In this document: in pieces, positions 12,017 to 22,349 of the stretch | Layout: the number at the start of each line of letters is the position of its first letter | Position numbering within the stretch: the first letter of the stretch is position 1 | Origin: Octopus bimaculoides | Taxonomy: Eukaryota | DNA length: 43,988 nt | Assembly: GCF_001194135.2 (NCBI RefSeq) | Contig: NC_069001.1 | Span: forward strand, 16,239,053-16,283,040 | Direction: 5' to 3' | Position numbers and translations under genes: made by a program | Notes under the pieces: model-generated | The model's database searches: none | What the model saw: the letters and a program-made list of their open reading frames with translations, nothing else | What the model was told of the DNA's origin: nothing

Positions 12017-12235
12017 AATGGTTTCAAATTTTGGTACAGGCCAGCAATGTTAGGGGAGGGAGCAAGTGAACTACATTGAATCCTTTACTTGGCTGGTACA
12101 TATTTTATCAACCCTGGAAAAATGAAAGGTAAAGTTAACCTCAGCAGAATTTGAACCCAGAGCATGAAGAACTGAAACAAATACTGCCAAGCATTTTTGC
12201 CTGACTCTCTAATGGTTCTAGCTTGCTGCCTTGTT
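11190..12235 (-). mobile_element. Head-to-tail array of five family B SINE copies separated by (AAT)n tails
   Basis: Copies at about 11193-11329, 11334-11530, 11537-11758, 11759-11980 and 11981-12230. Confidence 0.88.
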
Positions 12236-12394
12236 TAAGAATAAGTCTATTGTCTACGGTGCTCAGGTGCACAACTACTCATCAGAAAAAAGGTAAAAGA
12301 CAGGACAGTAAGTGGCAACAAGTCAAGTAAAGAAAGCCAGCCATGACAGCCACAACTGCATGCATAGAACACACAATAAAACAAAAAAATTTTC

Positions 12395-12535
12395 TTTTTT
12401 TTCTTTTGCTTGTTGCAGTCATTTGACTCAGGCCATGCTGGGGCACCACTTAGAAGGGATTTTTTAATCGAACAAATCAACCCTAGGACCTTTATTTTTT
12501 GCCTGGTACTTATTCTATCGGTCACTTCTGTGTGT

Positions 12536-12608
<73 letters not shown>

Positions 12609-12620
12609 AGAGAGAGTGTG
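12395..12620 (-). mobile_element. SINE family A 3' part followed by a long (GT)n tract
   Basis: cagtcatttgactcaggccatgctggggcacc..ggtacttattctatcggtc. Confidence 0.7.
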
Positions 12621-12771
12621 TTTGGTTTGCTTGGTTGTGACTAAAAGAAGGAACATCATAAAAAATCAATTAGAAACTGCCAGAATGGCCCAGACCATAT
12701 CTGAATGGTAGTAGGTGTTACAAGATTTGCTAGTTGAAAGAAGAATCGTTCTAAAAAAATTCACTCAATTC

Positions 12772-12847
12772 TGTTGCTTTACTGAACTCAAAAGGCCAAA
12801 TATTTTGTTGCTTTACTGAACTCAAAAGGCCAAATATTTTGTTGCTT
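12772..12847. repeat. Perfect 34-bp tandem duplication (2.2 copies)
   Basis: tgttgctttactgaactcaaaaggccaaatattt at 12772-12805 and 12806-12839, plus a partial third copy. Confidence 0.95.
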
Positions 12848-12864
12848 CCCTCATGAACAGAAAT

Positions 12865-12959
12865 TCATTTTGGCAAAGTGGTCATCTCTATTAGAGAATG
12901 ACAGACGTGTACAAACACATAATCGAGACCCTTCAGATCCACTACACATGTGTACTGCT
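12865..12959 (-). CDS. Candidate terminal coding exon, unidentified (xQYTCVVDLKGLDYVFVHVCHSLIEMTTLPK*)
   Basis: Acceptor-like catcttttacag| followed by a phase-1 open frame of 30 codons to TGA, in non-repetitive sequence; no homologue recognised. Confidence 0.25.
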
Positions 12960-13869
12960 CTGTAAAAGATGTATTCACCATTTATTATAAAATCTGAATG
13001 ACATGACATCATTTGTCCCCAATTAATGAATTGTAAAATCCATCTTTGACAGAATATTAACACTTTGAAGAAATTACAGATGACAATGACAAGAGGGTGT
13101 GGTTTGCGGTAGATTCAGCTGCTGCTATTTCTAATAGGTTCAGCAACTACATAGGGATCCATCTATACTGCTGAGTATCATTAGCATGCTGCAGACTTCC
13201 AAAGCTGTTATCTATGTCGTCCTGTCAGGTTCTTATTAGACAACCTCTCGCATGTGTTAAGTAAAACAGCTTTACGTCTGGTATTTTTGGTCCTAGGATT
13301 TATCTTGCTTTTAGTACAGTGTCTGCCTGTTGCATTCATGCATATTGATGCAAGCGAGATGGTGCTCCAATTCATGCATCACTGCAGCTGATATTGGAGG
13401 CTTATCAGCATTAGCTATGTCTTGAAGGACCCACCCCACTCACCATTTCCTGCCCTGGGGAGACTAATCAAAAGAGGTAAAATTTGAACTTGAAATGCAA
13501 AGAGTTGGAACAGATACAGTTTGGTATCTTCTCCAACAGAAATTGCCTAACATTTCAGTCAAACCACTGTCCTGGACTGATGTTTCATTTATTGCCTTTG
13601 AAAGGATAAAAGACCATGCTAACCTACATAGGATTTGAACTCAGGATATAGGGAGTTAGAATAAATGCTGTATGCTATTTTATCCATCACTCTAACAATT
13701 CTGCCATCTTTCACACCTAATAGTTAAATAACTTGTGAACTGATAAAAAGCCGAGTGTGATTGATTTAGCCACAAATTCAACAATGACATCAAAACATTC
13801 AGTGCATAGGGCATACAAAATGATGTTGATATGTAGGCACCAGGACAACTCTCACACCTACCCTATAAT

Positions 13870-14168
13870 TATTTATGTGCCCTTTTTTAAAGCCTAGCCA
13901 GGCTCATGAGCCCGGTTTCCTGTGGAGTTTTCCCCACCCAGCTGGACGGGAAGCCAGTCCATCGCAGCATTACTCAAGAAACAGGAAGAAAGAGTGAGAG
14001 AAAGTTGGGGTGAAAGAGTACAACAGGGGTCGCCACCACCCCCTGCTGGAGACTCGTGGAGCTTTAGATGTTTCCACTCAATAAACACACATAACACCCA
14101 GTCTGGGAATCGAAACCGCGATCCTCTGACCGTGAGTTCACTGCCCTAACCACTGGGCCATTGCGCCT
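13870..14168 (-). mobile_element. tRNA-derived SINE sharing the family D head but with a different 3' half
   Basis: About 170 bp 5' part nearly identical to 10000-10180; flanking repeat cctaccctataat at 13857-13869 and 14166-14178. Confidence 0.88.
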
Positions 14169-14724
14169 ACCCTATAATATACAAACACATTCATTGAAAA
14201 CTACAAAACAATGCCTGATTAATACAAAACAATGAGAATAAATAAGCAATATATTTGACAAAGAAATCAAAATGCTAAAGAGTTAACCTTTCAGTAAAAG
14301 TTTTATGATTTGTTTAATCTCTTGAGAAATTCAGTTTTACGAAAGAGAAAGAAAAGGATTTAGTAGTGCTAAATCCACCAAACCCCACAGAGAAGTTTCA
14401 TCTTAACCATTCCCCTTGCATTTCCCTGTTAAGAGATTATTTTTTTCTTATAAGGTCTCCTAACCACTTACAGATACCAGGATTGCCCTACCTTAGAGAA
14501 TATGCCATGCTTCTACATTATTTTAACATACACTTTTATATGCTTACATAGCTCAAATGGAATTTGTAGAGGAAGGTGTTCTGCAGCTGGATGCCCTTCC
14601 TGTTGCCAACCCTCACCTTTTTGCAAGAAAGTTGCTATTTCCCTATGACTGGACACATTTTCCATGCAAGACACTCTTTGTATGACAGCAACAATCACTT
14701 ATACCTATCTACCATTTTATATCG

Positions 14725-15150
14725 GTTTCTAATCTTGGCACAAGACCAGCAAGTTCAGGGAAGCGGTTAAGTTGATTATATTGACTGCTACTTATTTTAT
14801 CGACACCAAAAAGATGAAAAGCAAAGTTGACCTCAGCGGAATTTGAACTCAGAACATAGACGAAATGCTACTAAACATTTTGTCCAGCATGTTAACAATT
14901 CTGCCAGCTCCAAGCCTTAATAATAATAATAATAATAATAATAATGACCCTTTCTACTAAAGGCACAAGGCCTGAAATTTTGGGGGAGAGGGACTAGTTG
15001 ATTACATTGACCCCAGTGTTTCACTGGTACTTAATTTATTAGCCCCGAAAGGATGAAAGGCAAAGTCAACCCCGGCGGAACTAGAACTCAGAATGTAAGG
15101 ACAGATAAAATGTCATTAAGCATTTTGCCTGGCATGCTAACAATTCTGTC
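14725..15150 (-). mobile_element. Two tandem family B SINE copies separated by (AAT)n
   Basis: Same core as the 11190-12235 array. Confidence 0.85.
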
Positions 15151-15159
15151 ATATTAAGA

Positions 15160-15600
15160 CAAGGGAACACACACACACGTTGTGCTTCTTTCAGTTTCCA
15201 TGAATGAAATCCACTCACAAGGTTTTTATCAGCCCAGAGCTTTTGTCAGCCCCAGTAAAATAATATGTGCCTAAGGTGCCACACAGTGGAACTGAACCTA
15301 AAACCATGTAGTTAGAAAGTAAACTGCTTAACTAAACTTCCATGCTTGTTACTGAATAATAATAATAATAATGATGATAATAATGGTTTCAAATTTTGGT
15401 GCAAAGCCTGCAATTTCAAGGGACAGAGTAAGTCAATCACATTGATTTCAATGTCCAATTGATACTTACTTTATCAACCCCAAAAAAGGATGAAAGGCAA
15501 AGTCAACCTCAGCAGGATTTGAACATAAATCATAAAAACAGATGAAATACCATAATGCTAATGATTCTGTCAGCTAGCTGCATTCTGCTACTGAATAATG
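15160..15600 (-). mobile_element. Family A head fragment followed by (AAT)n and a family B copy
   Basis: aatccactcacaagg..ggtgccacacagtgg then ggtttcaaattttggtgcaaag..gaaaggcaaagtcaacctc. Confidence 0.75.
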
Positions 15601-15799
15601 AAGCATGTATATTGAAATTTAAAATGTCCTGAGTTAAATATAAGAATAACTCAGATGTATAATGGTAGATAATTAACCAAATTATCACCATTTCTTGTGG
15701 AACTCCCAGCAATGTCTTGAGGAACCCTAGAATGTTATGGATAGGGAACACTGTACAAGATGCACAAAAATATTTATCAATAATGACAATTCAATTTAA

Positions 15800-16010
15800 G
15801 GCAGTGAGCTAGCAGAATCATTAGCAGGCTGGACAAAATGCTTAGCAGCATTTTGTTCATCTTTATGTTCAGAGTTCAAATTCTACTGAGGTCGATTTTT
15901 GCCTTTCATTCTTTCGGGGTTGATAAAATAAGTACCAGTTAAGCACTGGGGTCATGTAATTGACTTACCCTCTCCCTGAACTTGTTGCCTTTGTGCCAAA
16001 ATTAGAAATC
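15800..16010 (+). mobile_element. SINE family B copy
   Basis: ggcagtgagctagcagaatcattagc..gagttcaaattctactgaggtcgattttgcctttcattctttcggggttgataaa. Confidence 0.8.
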
Positions 16011-16198
16011 AATAATGACAGTTCAATAATAAAATGTTACAGATCATTTCTCACCCAACTATTTTCTATCTTTTATTTTTTACCTGACAAAAACAAAGAA
16101 AAAAAAAGCAAGACTTGAGTTATACAAGACACAGAGGAGGAGTTGACAGCAGAAAAGGTAACTGTAAGAAATGAAGTCCATTAGACTGGTCAGACAGC

Positions 16199-16303
16199 TC
16201 ACTGGATATAGTTGGTAGATTCTGTTAATTAGGTGCACTAATTAGTAGTAGCAATTACGGTATCAAAAGTCTAATTGCTAGAGTAACGAGCAGGTGGAGA
16301 AGA
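16199..16303 (+). mobile_element. Decayed RTE-clade RT fragment
   Basis: SLDIVGRFC*LGALISSSNYGIKSLIARVTSRWRR resembles the RTE lexVdxFcYLG..RI..gW motif. Confidence 0.6.
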
Positions 16304-16553
16304 AGAACGAGAAACTGTTTATCTCTGTTGGCCAAACAACAGAGTCTCTAAATGCTCAATCAACTTGCTAGAAATACCAGCTAAATTACCCTAAAATCAC
16401 ATTTTGACATTTAAAAATAAAGAAGAATACTTTGGAATTAATGATTATTTTAAAAAGTTAATTGAAACTTTACAGGTAATACATTTTGTAACAAATAGGG
16501 GTTGGAGGGCAGGAAGAAATTAAGGTATTAGTTGATACATGCAGTAGAGATGT

Positions 16554-16587
<34 letters not shown>

Positions 16588-16589
16588 CA

Positions 16590-16960
16590 TAAACTGCATC
16601 CAGGAAAGGGTCACCTGCCTGATCGGCATAAAATCACTTACAGCCTTTGGCACATAGCCTTCAGCCTCTGGTCCTTAGGCATATTGTGTTCTCTTTCTCT
16701 GCTATAATGGCCTCTGCTCCACAGAAATAACTAGATTCAAACTAATCAGGCATCCCTGACCCTCTTGTCTCCCTTTCTCTCATCACCCTTGTTATGACCA
16801 ACCCCACAGGGCGCAATCACACCCTAATCAATACACCCAGTCTTTCCTCTTCAGAACATCATCCCTCTGGAATTCCATCCCTACCCTTATCTTTCTCACA
16901 GATATTCAGATGCTGGTCCACAAAGTTTGAAGAGAAACATTAAATGGTATCAATCGTAAT
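16590..16960 (+). mobile_element. Decayed LINE ORF2 C-terminus (CR1/L2/Jockey-group)
   Basis: Fragments NCIQERVTCLIGIKSLT, CYNGLCSTEITR and FLFRTSSLWNSIP resemble the D.IQRRA.RLI..C..E..SFFPRT..LWNSLP LINE ends. Confidence 0.65.
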
Positions 16961-17144
16961 AGTTTAGGAGGGACTTCAAAAGCCATGAGCACTGCCCCAA
17001 CCTCTGGACTCAGAGACCTAAGAACATTAAAAAAGCACACAAAAAAAAGATAACTGAACAGGTAATATGAATAGATGATAAGTGCTGAGTGACACTGTGC
17101 TTTGCAGCATAAGTAGAAAGTAGATGTGGAAGAGAGAAAACAAA

Positions 17145-17296
17145 GGCGTGGGTGTGTGGTAAGTAGCTTGCTTCCCAACCACATAGTTCCAGGTTCAGTC
17201 CCACTGTATGGCACCTTGGGCAAATGTCTACTATAGCCTTAGGTTGACCAAAGCCTTGTAAATGGATTTGGTAGATAGAAACTGAAAGAAGCCTAT

Positions 17297-17347
<51 letters not shown>

Positions 17348-17592
17348 GTATATTTATGTATGTGTGTCTTCGTGTCTATATTTGTCCTCCCCACCACTAA
17401 CACTTGACAACTGATATTGGTGTGGTTATGTCCCCATAACTTCGTGGTTCAGCAAAAGAGACCAATAGAATAAGTACTGGGCTAACAAAGAATAAGTCCT
17501 GAGATCGATTTCTTAAACTAAAACCCTTTTAAGGCAGCGCTCCAGCATGGCTGCAGTCAAATGATTGAAACGTGTAAAAGAATAAAAGAATA
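17145..17592 (+). mobile_element. SINE family A, full length with central (TA)n
   Basis: tRNA-like head ggcgtgggtgtgtggtaagtagcttgc..ggttcagtccc, CORE-like segment, microsatellite and 3' ..ccagcatggctgcagtcaaatga.. Confidence 0.9.
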
Positions 17593-18374
17593 ATACACAA
17601 GAAGAACTTGTAGAGATGGTGATCCAGGTCAGATCTGAAGATGATATGTTTTACAGATGAAATGGTGAAAGACCAAGCTGTGTAGCGATATGTTGTACAG
17701 TAGACTCAATATTCAACTTGTGTCAGTGTGAGCCAATGAAGAAGCCTCTATGTAGTCACTTGACCTGCTAAAAACAGCAGCTGAAATCCCTATCTACACC
17801 TTCTCAAACCACATACTACCATGTTGAAAAAAAAAAAAAAAAGAAAAGACAGGCTGAATATGGTGGTAAATATGGCATACTTGAATAAAATAAAAGGTGG
17901 GATGATTATGGGCTGCTTGATCAGAGATGACCCGGGGCTAAACACCAGCAACAGTTTAAGATACTGTGGGCAAAGGAATGTTAGAATAATGATGATAATG
18001 ATAATGATGACTGACAATGATGTTGATAATTAGAATGATGAGAATGATAATTATAATAATGATGATGTTGAGGTGGTGGTGAATCCACCCCACCCCCATA
18101 TCAACATTCCAACATTACTTCTTATAATTAGTTGGCAATATATACCTTAATAATTTGAATCTCAAACAACAATCAGTTTTACAGTTTGCTATCATCCTGA
18201 CCCAGACAATTGACATAGAAAAATATTATTATTAAACAAATCAATATTATTCAGAAGATAGGGTAGACTTAATCCATTGCCCGGTTCATCACCATCACTG
18301 TTACTGCTGCTGCTGCTGCTGCTACCGTCACCTGGTTTGCAAGTCCCACCAACGAGTCTAAGGTTTTGACAGTT

Positions 18375-18665
18375 TAGGGCAGTTCTCAAACGGGGTCCAT
18401 AAAAGATTTTTGGGGGTCCACACAACAAAACAGTAAATTGGGGATTTTCAATATTATTTTAAGGGGCCCCTGAAAAAAAATGCTTTTGGGGTTTCTTTCT
18501 CTAACATTTTCGATAGTTCAACCTACACAAAATATGTGGAAAACAAAATAAGAATTTTGAAAGAAGTTTTTATAAAACTGGTCTTTAAACATTGGATGGT
18601 TAGGGGGTCCAGAGTAAAGTAGTAATCAAAGGGGTCCATAGATAGAAAATGGTTGAGAACCCCTA
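18375..18665. mobile_element. hAT-like MITE
   Basis: Imperfect TIRs tagggcagttctcaa / ttgagaacccccta-type end and subterminal ggggtcc motifs; no clear TSD. Confidence 0.6.
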
Positions 18666-19119
18666 GTTTTGCGGGTGTTTCAATAAAATTTAATATAAAA
18701 TTCGTTTTATAGAAAACAATATTTATCATTTTAAAAACAATAAGTTATGTTTTATGTTTTATATTTATCAATGTGATCATTGTCATCATCATCATTTAAC
18801 ATCCACTTTTCCATGCCTGCACAGGTCAGATGAATTGTAGAAAGTGATGTTCACCATTATGCCAAATTTACTCAGGAAAGAGACAAAAACTGCTTTTGGG
18901 CTTGTTTCTTCAGATCTGCAAACAGTTATTTATGGTGTGCTTTTTGAGTCATGATAGACCATAGGAAAATAAAAAGCTTGTGGCTGGGTGGCTACCTCAT
19001 CACTATCATCTCCTCTACTGCAAGAAATTTGTTCCGGTCTCCCTATCACATTTTAGCCTCTCTACTCTCAACACAAAGCCACTTCCATCAAAGCTCCCCC
19101 CCCCCCAATTAAGTCAAAG

Positions 19120-19350
19120 GGTCTTGTCTTGCAAGTTACTTGATAATCACACTAGTCCAGGTGCCATGAAAAGCAAACACCCAGTACACTCTGTAAAGTG
19201 AGTGATTGGTATTAGGAAGGGCTTCCAGTCATAGAAAACTTGGCAAAGCAGATATTGGTTCTTAACAGTTCTACGATTCATCAGACCCTGTCAAGCTATC
19301 CAACTCATGCTAGTATGGAAAATGAACAGATGATGATGATGATGATGATA
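19120..19350 (+). mobile_element. Family C-related repeat ending in (ATG)n
   Basis: ..ttaggaagggcttccag..ccaactcatgctagtatggaaaatgaaca(gat)n. Confidence 0.7.
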
Positions 19351-19859
19351 AGTACAGGAATAGCTATATGGTTAAGAAGTTTGCTTGGCAGCTATGTAAT
19401 TCTGAGTTCAATCTGATTGCATGGCAACTTGGATAAGTGTCTTTTATTCTAACCTGAGGTTGACTTAATACCTTATGAGTGGAATTTGGTAAATGGAAAC
19501 TATGCAGAAGCCTGTGATATGTATGCATACGTTTCCATGTCTGTATTTATGTTTACACCAGTCTAAAAATGTATTTTAAAAAAAAGTTGATGTTGTGCAT
19601 TTGTGTCTTGCAACTTAGTGGCTCAACAAATAGGTTTCAATAGAATATGAACCAGATTGAAATCTGTATTGGGGTTGATAAGATTGACTGGAACCCTTTC
19701 AAAAGTGATGCCCCAGAATGGATACAGTAGAATTGTTGGAACCTGGAAAAGATACAGAACCATACAAATACAGTTCTGAAGCATTTTCTATGAAGATAAG
19801 AGATTTTTTTAAAATGTGTGTGACATATTTGATAAGAAAGCATTATGTGGGTGTGTGTG

Positions 19860-19892
19860 TGAAATATACAAACATATATGTCTATGCATGTA

Positions 19893-19940
<48 letters not shown>

Positions 19941-20324
19941 NNNNNNNNNNNNNNNNNNNNNNNNNNNNNNNNNNNNNNNNNNNNNNNNNNNNNNNNNNNN
20001 NNNNNNNNNNNNNNNNNNNNNNNNNNNNNNNNNNNNNNNNNNNNNNNNNNNNNNNNNNNNNNNNNNNNNNNNNNNNNATATATATATATATATATATATA
20101 TATGCATACATATATATATATATATATATATATGCATACATATATAGGCATATATGTATATGTCTATGTATACTTAGCTGCATATAAATACACACACACA
20201 TACACATGGACAGACATACACAAGTACATGTCTATATATGTAAGCATATATATAATATATATATACACGTCTATGCACACATACATGACTATGCACAGAT
20301 ATAATATATACACACACACAGCTA

Positions 20325-20386
<62 letters not shown>

Positions 20387-20420
20387 TGTATGCATACACA
20401 CACACACACACACACACACG
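19860..20420. repeat. Compound (TA)n/(CA)n microsatellite with an assembly gap (N 19941-20077)
   Basis: Seen directly; source of many artefactual ORFs. Confidence 0.95.
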
Positions 20421-20596
20421 AAAGCAGTCACAAACAAAGGTTGGCATTCTGTTAAAAAGGAAACATCTGTTGTCTTAAGAATGAGGACCATTCCCAACAA
20501 GTGTTCATCCTTAAAAAATACACAGCAAAACAGTAAACAAGTCTGATAAATGACAACAAAGACAAAATAAATAAATAAATAAATAAATAAATAAAA

Positions 20597-20951
20597 NNNN
20601 NNNNNNNNNNNNNNNNNNNNNNNNNNNNNNNNNNNNNNNNNNNNNNNNNNNNNNNNNNNNNNNNNNNNNNNNNNNNNNNNNNNNNNNNNNNNNNNNNNNN
20701 NNNNNNNNNNNNNNNNNNNNNNNNNNNNNNNNNNNNNNNNNNNNNNNNNNNNNNNNNNNNNNNNNNNNNNNNNNNNNNNNNNNNNNNNNNNNNNNNNNNN
20801 NNNNNNNNNNNNNNNNNNNNNNNNNNNNNNNNNNNNNNNNNNNNNNNNNNNNNNNNNNNNNNNNNNNNNNNNNNNNNNNNNNNNNNNNNNNNNNNNNNNN
20901 NNNNNNNNNNNNNNNNNNNNNNNNNNNNNNNNNNNNNNNNNNNNNNNNNNN
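20597..20951. other. Assembly gap next to (AAAT)n
   Basis: Run of N. Confidence 0.99.
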
Positions 20952-21173
20952 GAGTTTCATATTTAATAGAATTCTAAGAGGTGATTCATTTCTTTTTGTT
21001 TTGGAATGAAATTTTAATAGAAAAATTTAATCCATTATTTTGTTTTTGTATTTGGTTTGCAAAGCTGACCTGCAGAAGAGAGGGCATGTCCCTGAAGAGG
21101 TCATGGCTGTCAACAAAAGAACTTTGAGAAACATAACTGATTGATTGATTAACTGAAAAATCAATAAAACGCA

Positions 21174-22075
21174 GGCATAGCTGTGTGGAAAGTAGCTTGA
21201 TTCCCAACCAGATGGGTCTGTCCCATTGTGTGACACCTTGGGCAAGTGTCTTCTACAATAGCCATGGGCTAACCAAAGCCTTGTATGTGGATTTGGTAGA
21301 TGGAAACTGAAAGAAGCCCATTTTATATTTTATATATATANNNNNNNNNNTAAATAAAAGTTCCTTTTATTTATATGCGTTTTGCTCCATTTATTGTTAT
21401 AATTCAAATCTACTCAAAATGCATCACTTCAACTTGGTATCTCTACCTATAAAACGGGTGTGATAGCCTGTTTTTTTTTGTGTAATTTTTGCTACCCATG
21501 GTAACTATTAACATATTTACATTGTCAAACTATTTTTAAACTGAGATAATATCAATATATATATAAACTAATATACATATATATATATATAAATTGATAG
21601 AAAAGACAACAAAAGAAAGAAAGAGACCTCCATATTATGTAAATGGAGGAATTTATCTGTAAAAATACATGACAATTATTCGGTAGCCATGATAAAACTC
21701 CGAGTTTCGGATGCCGGGGCAGAAACCCACGCCGCCATCTCTTCAGTTATCTGGCCATTGAAAATTCCTATGAAAATGACCGTTAAACAAAGAGAAATTA
21801 CTGTGTGGTATATAAAGACATATACATGTGTGTATATATATATATATACATACATGTAAATGTCTTTGTGTTGGGTGTTTCTCCTCCACCACCTCTTGAC
21901 AGCCAGTGTGGATGTGTTTACATCCCTACAACTTAGTGGTTTGGTAAAGAGACCAATAGAATAAGTACCAGGCTTATTAAATATGGGGGTCAATTTATTT
22001 GACTAAAAATTTCTTGAAGGTGGGGCCCCAGCATGGCTGCAGTCTAATGACTAAAACAAGTGAAAAGAAAAATGG
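21174..22075 (+). mobile_element. SINE family A split in its central microsatellite by about 470 bp of other sequence
   Basis: Head at 21174-21339 and body/tail at about 21830-22075; a short N gap at about 21340-21350 makes the join uncertain. Confidence 0.7.
21684..21757 (-). ncRNA. Type I hammerhead ribozyme motif (Penelope-like/retrozyme-type)
   Basis: Minus strand: UGGCCAGAUAA-CUGAAGA-[imperfect stem II]-GAAA-CUCGGAGU-U-UUAUC(A)UGGCUA. Stem I is 11 bp with one bulge, stem III is the near-palindrome ACUC-G-GAGU, and the cleavage triplet is GUU. Confidence 0.75.
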
Positions 22076-22349
22076 AAAGATCAAAAGAAAGAATCGATTA
22101 GCTTGTTGGTTAAATAGTTAATCAATCAACAAATGATAAAGAAATGAAATAGAACCAATGTCTGTGTTTATTATTGGCAAAGTGACCCTCCCAAGATGCA
22201 ACAAAATAAAACATTAAATTTCATACATTAAAAAATATTCAAGTTCTTTTTTAATTATAATTCCATTCAATGTGACACCATCAAGTGCAGCATAATCTCA
22301 GATGGGCTAATGCACCAATTTGACCAGCACCACCTGACATGTTTCCATT

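Noticed and set aside
11190-12235. Regularly spaced repeats superficially like a CRISPR array
   Set aside because: Units are ~200-bp diverged SINEs with (AAT)n tails in eukaryotic DNA, with no unique spacers or cas genes.
13330-13410. Short hairpins (gctgata..tatcagc, atgcat repeats) as possible pre-miRNA
   Set aside because: Stems are too short and interrupted for a ~60-nt precursor.
17625-17675. CTGAAGA...GAAAgacc with upstream ggtc (type III hammerhead-like)
   Set aside because: Lacks the U-H cleavage triplet and a foldable stem II.
19637-20500. Longest track ORFs (up to 245 aa)
   Set aside because: Translations of (TA)n/(CA)n microsatellites across N gaps.
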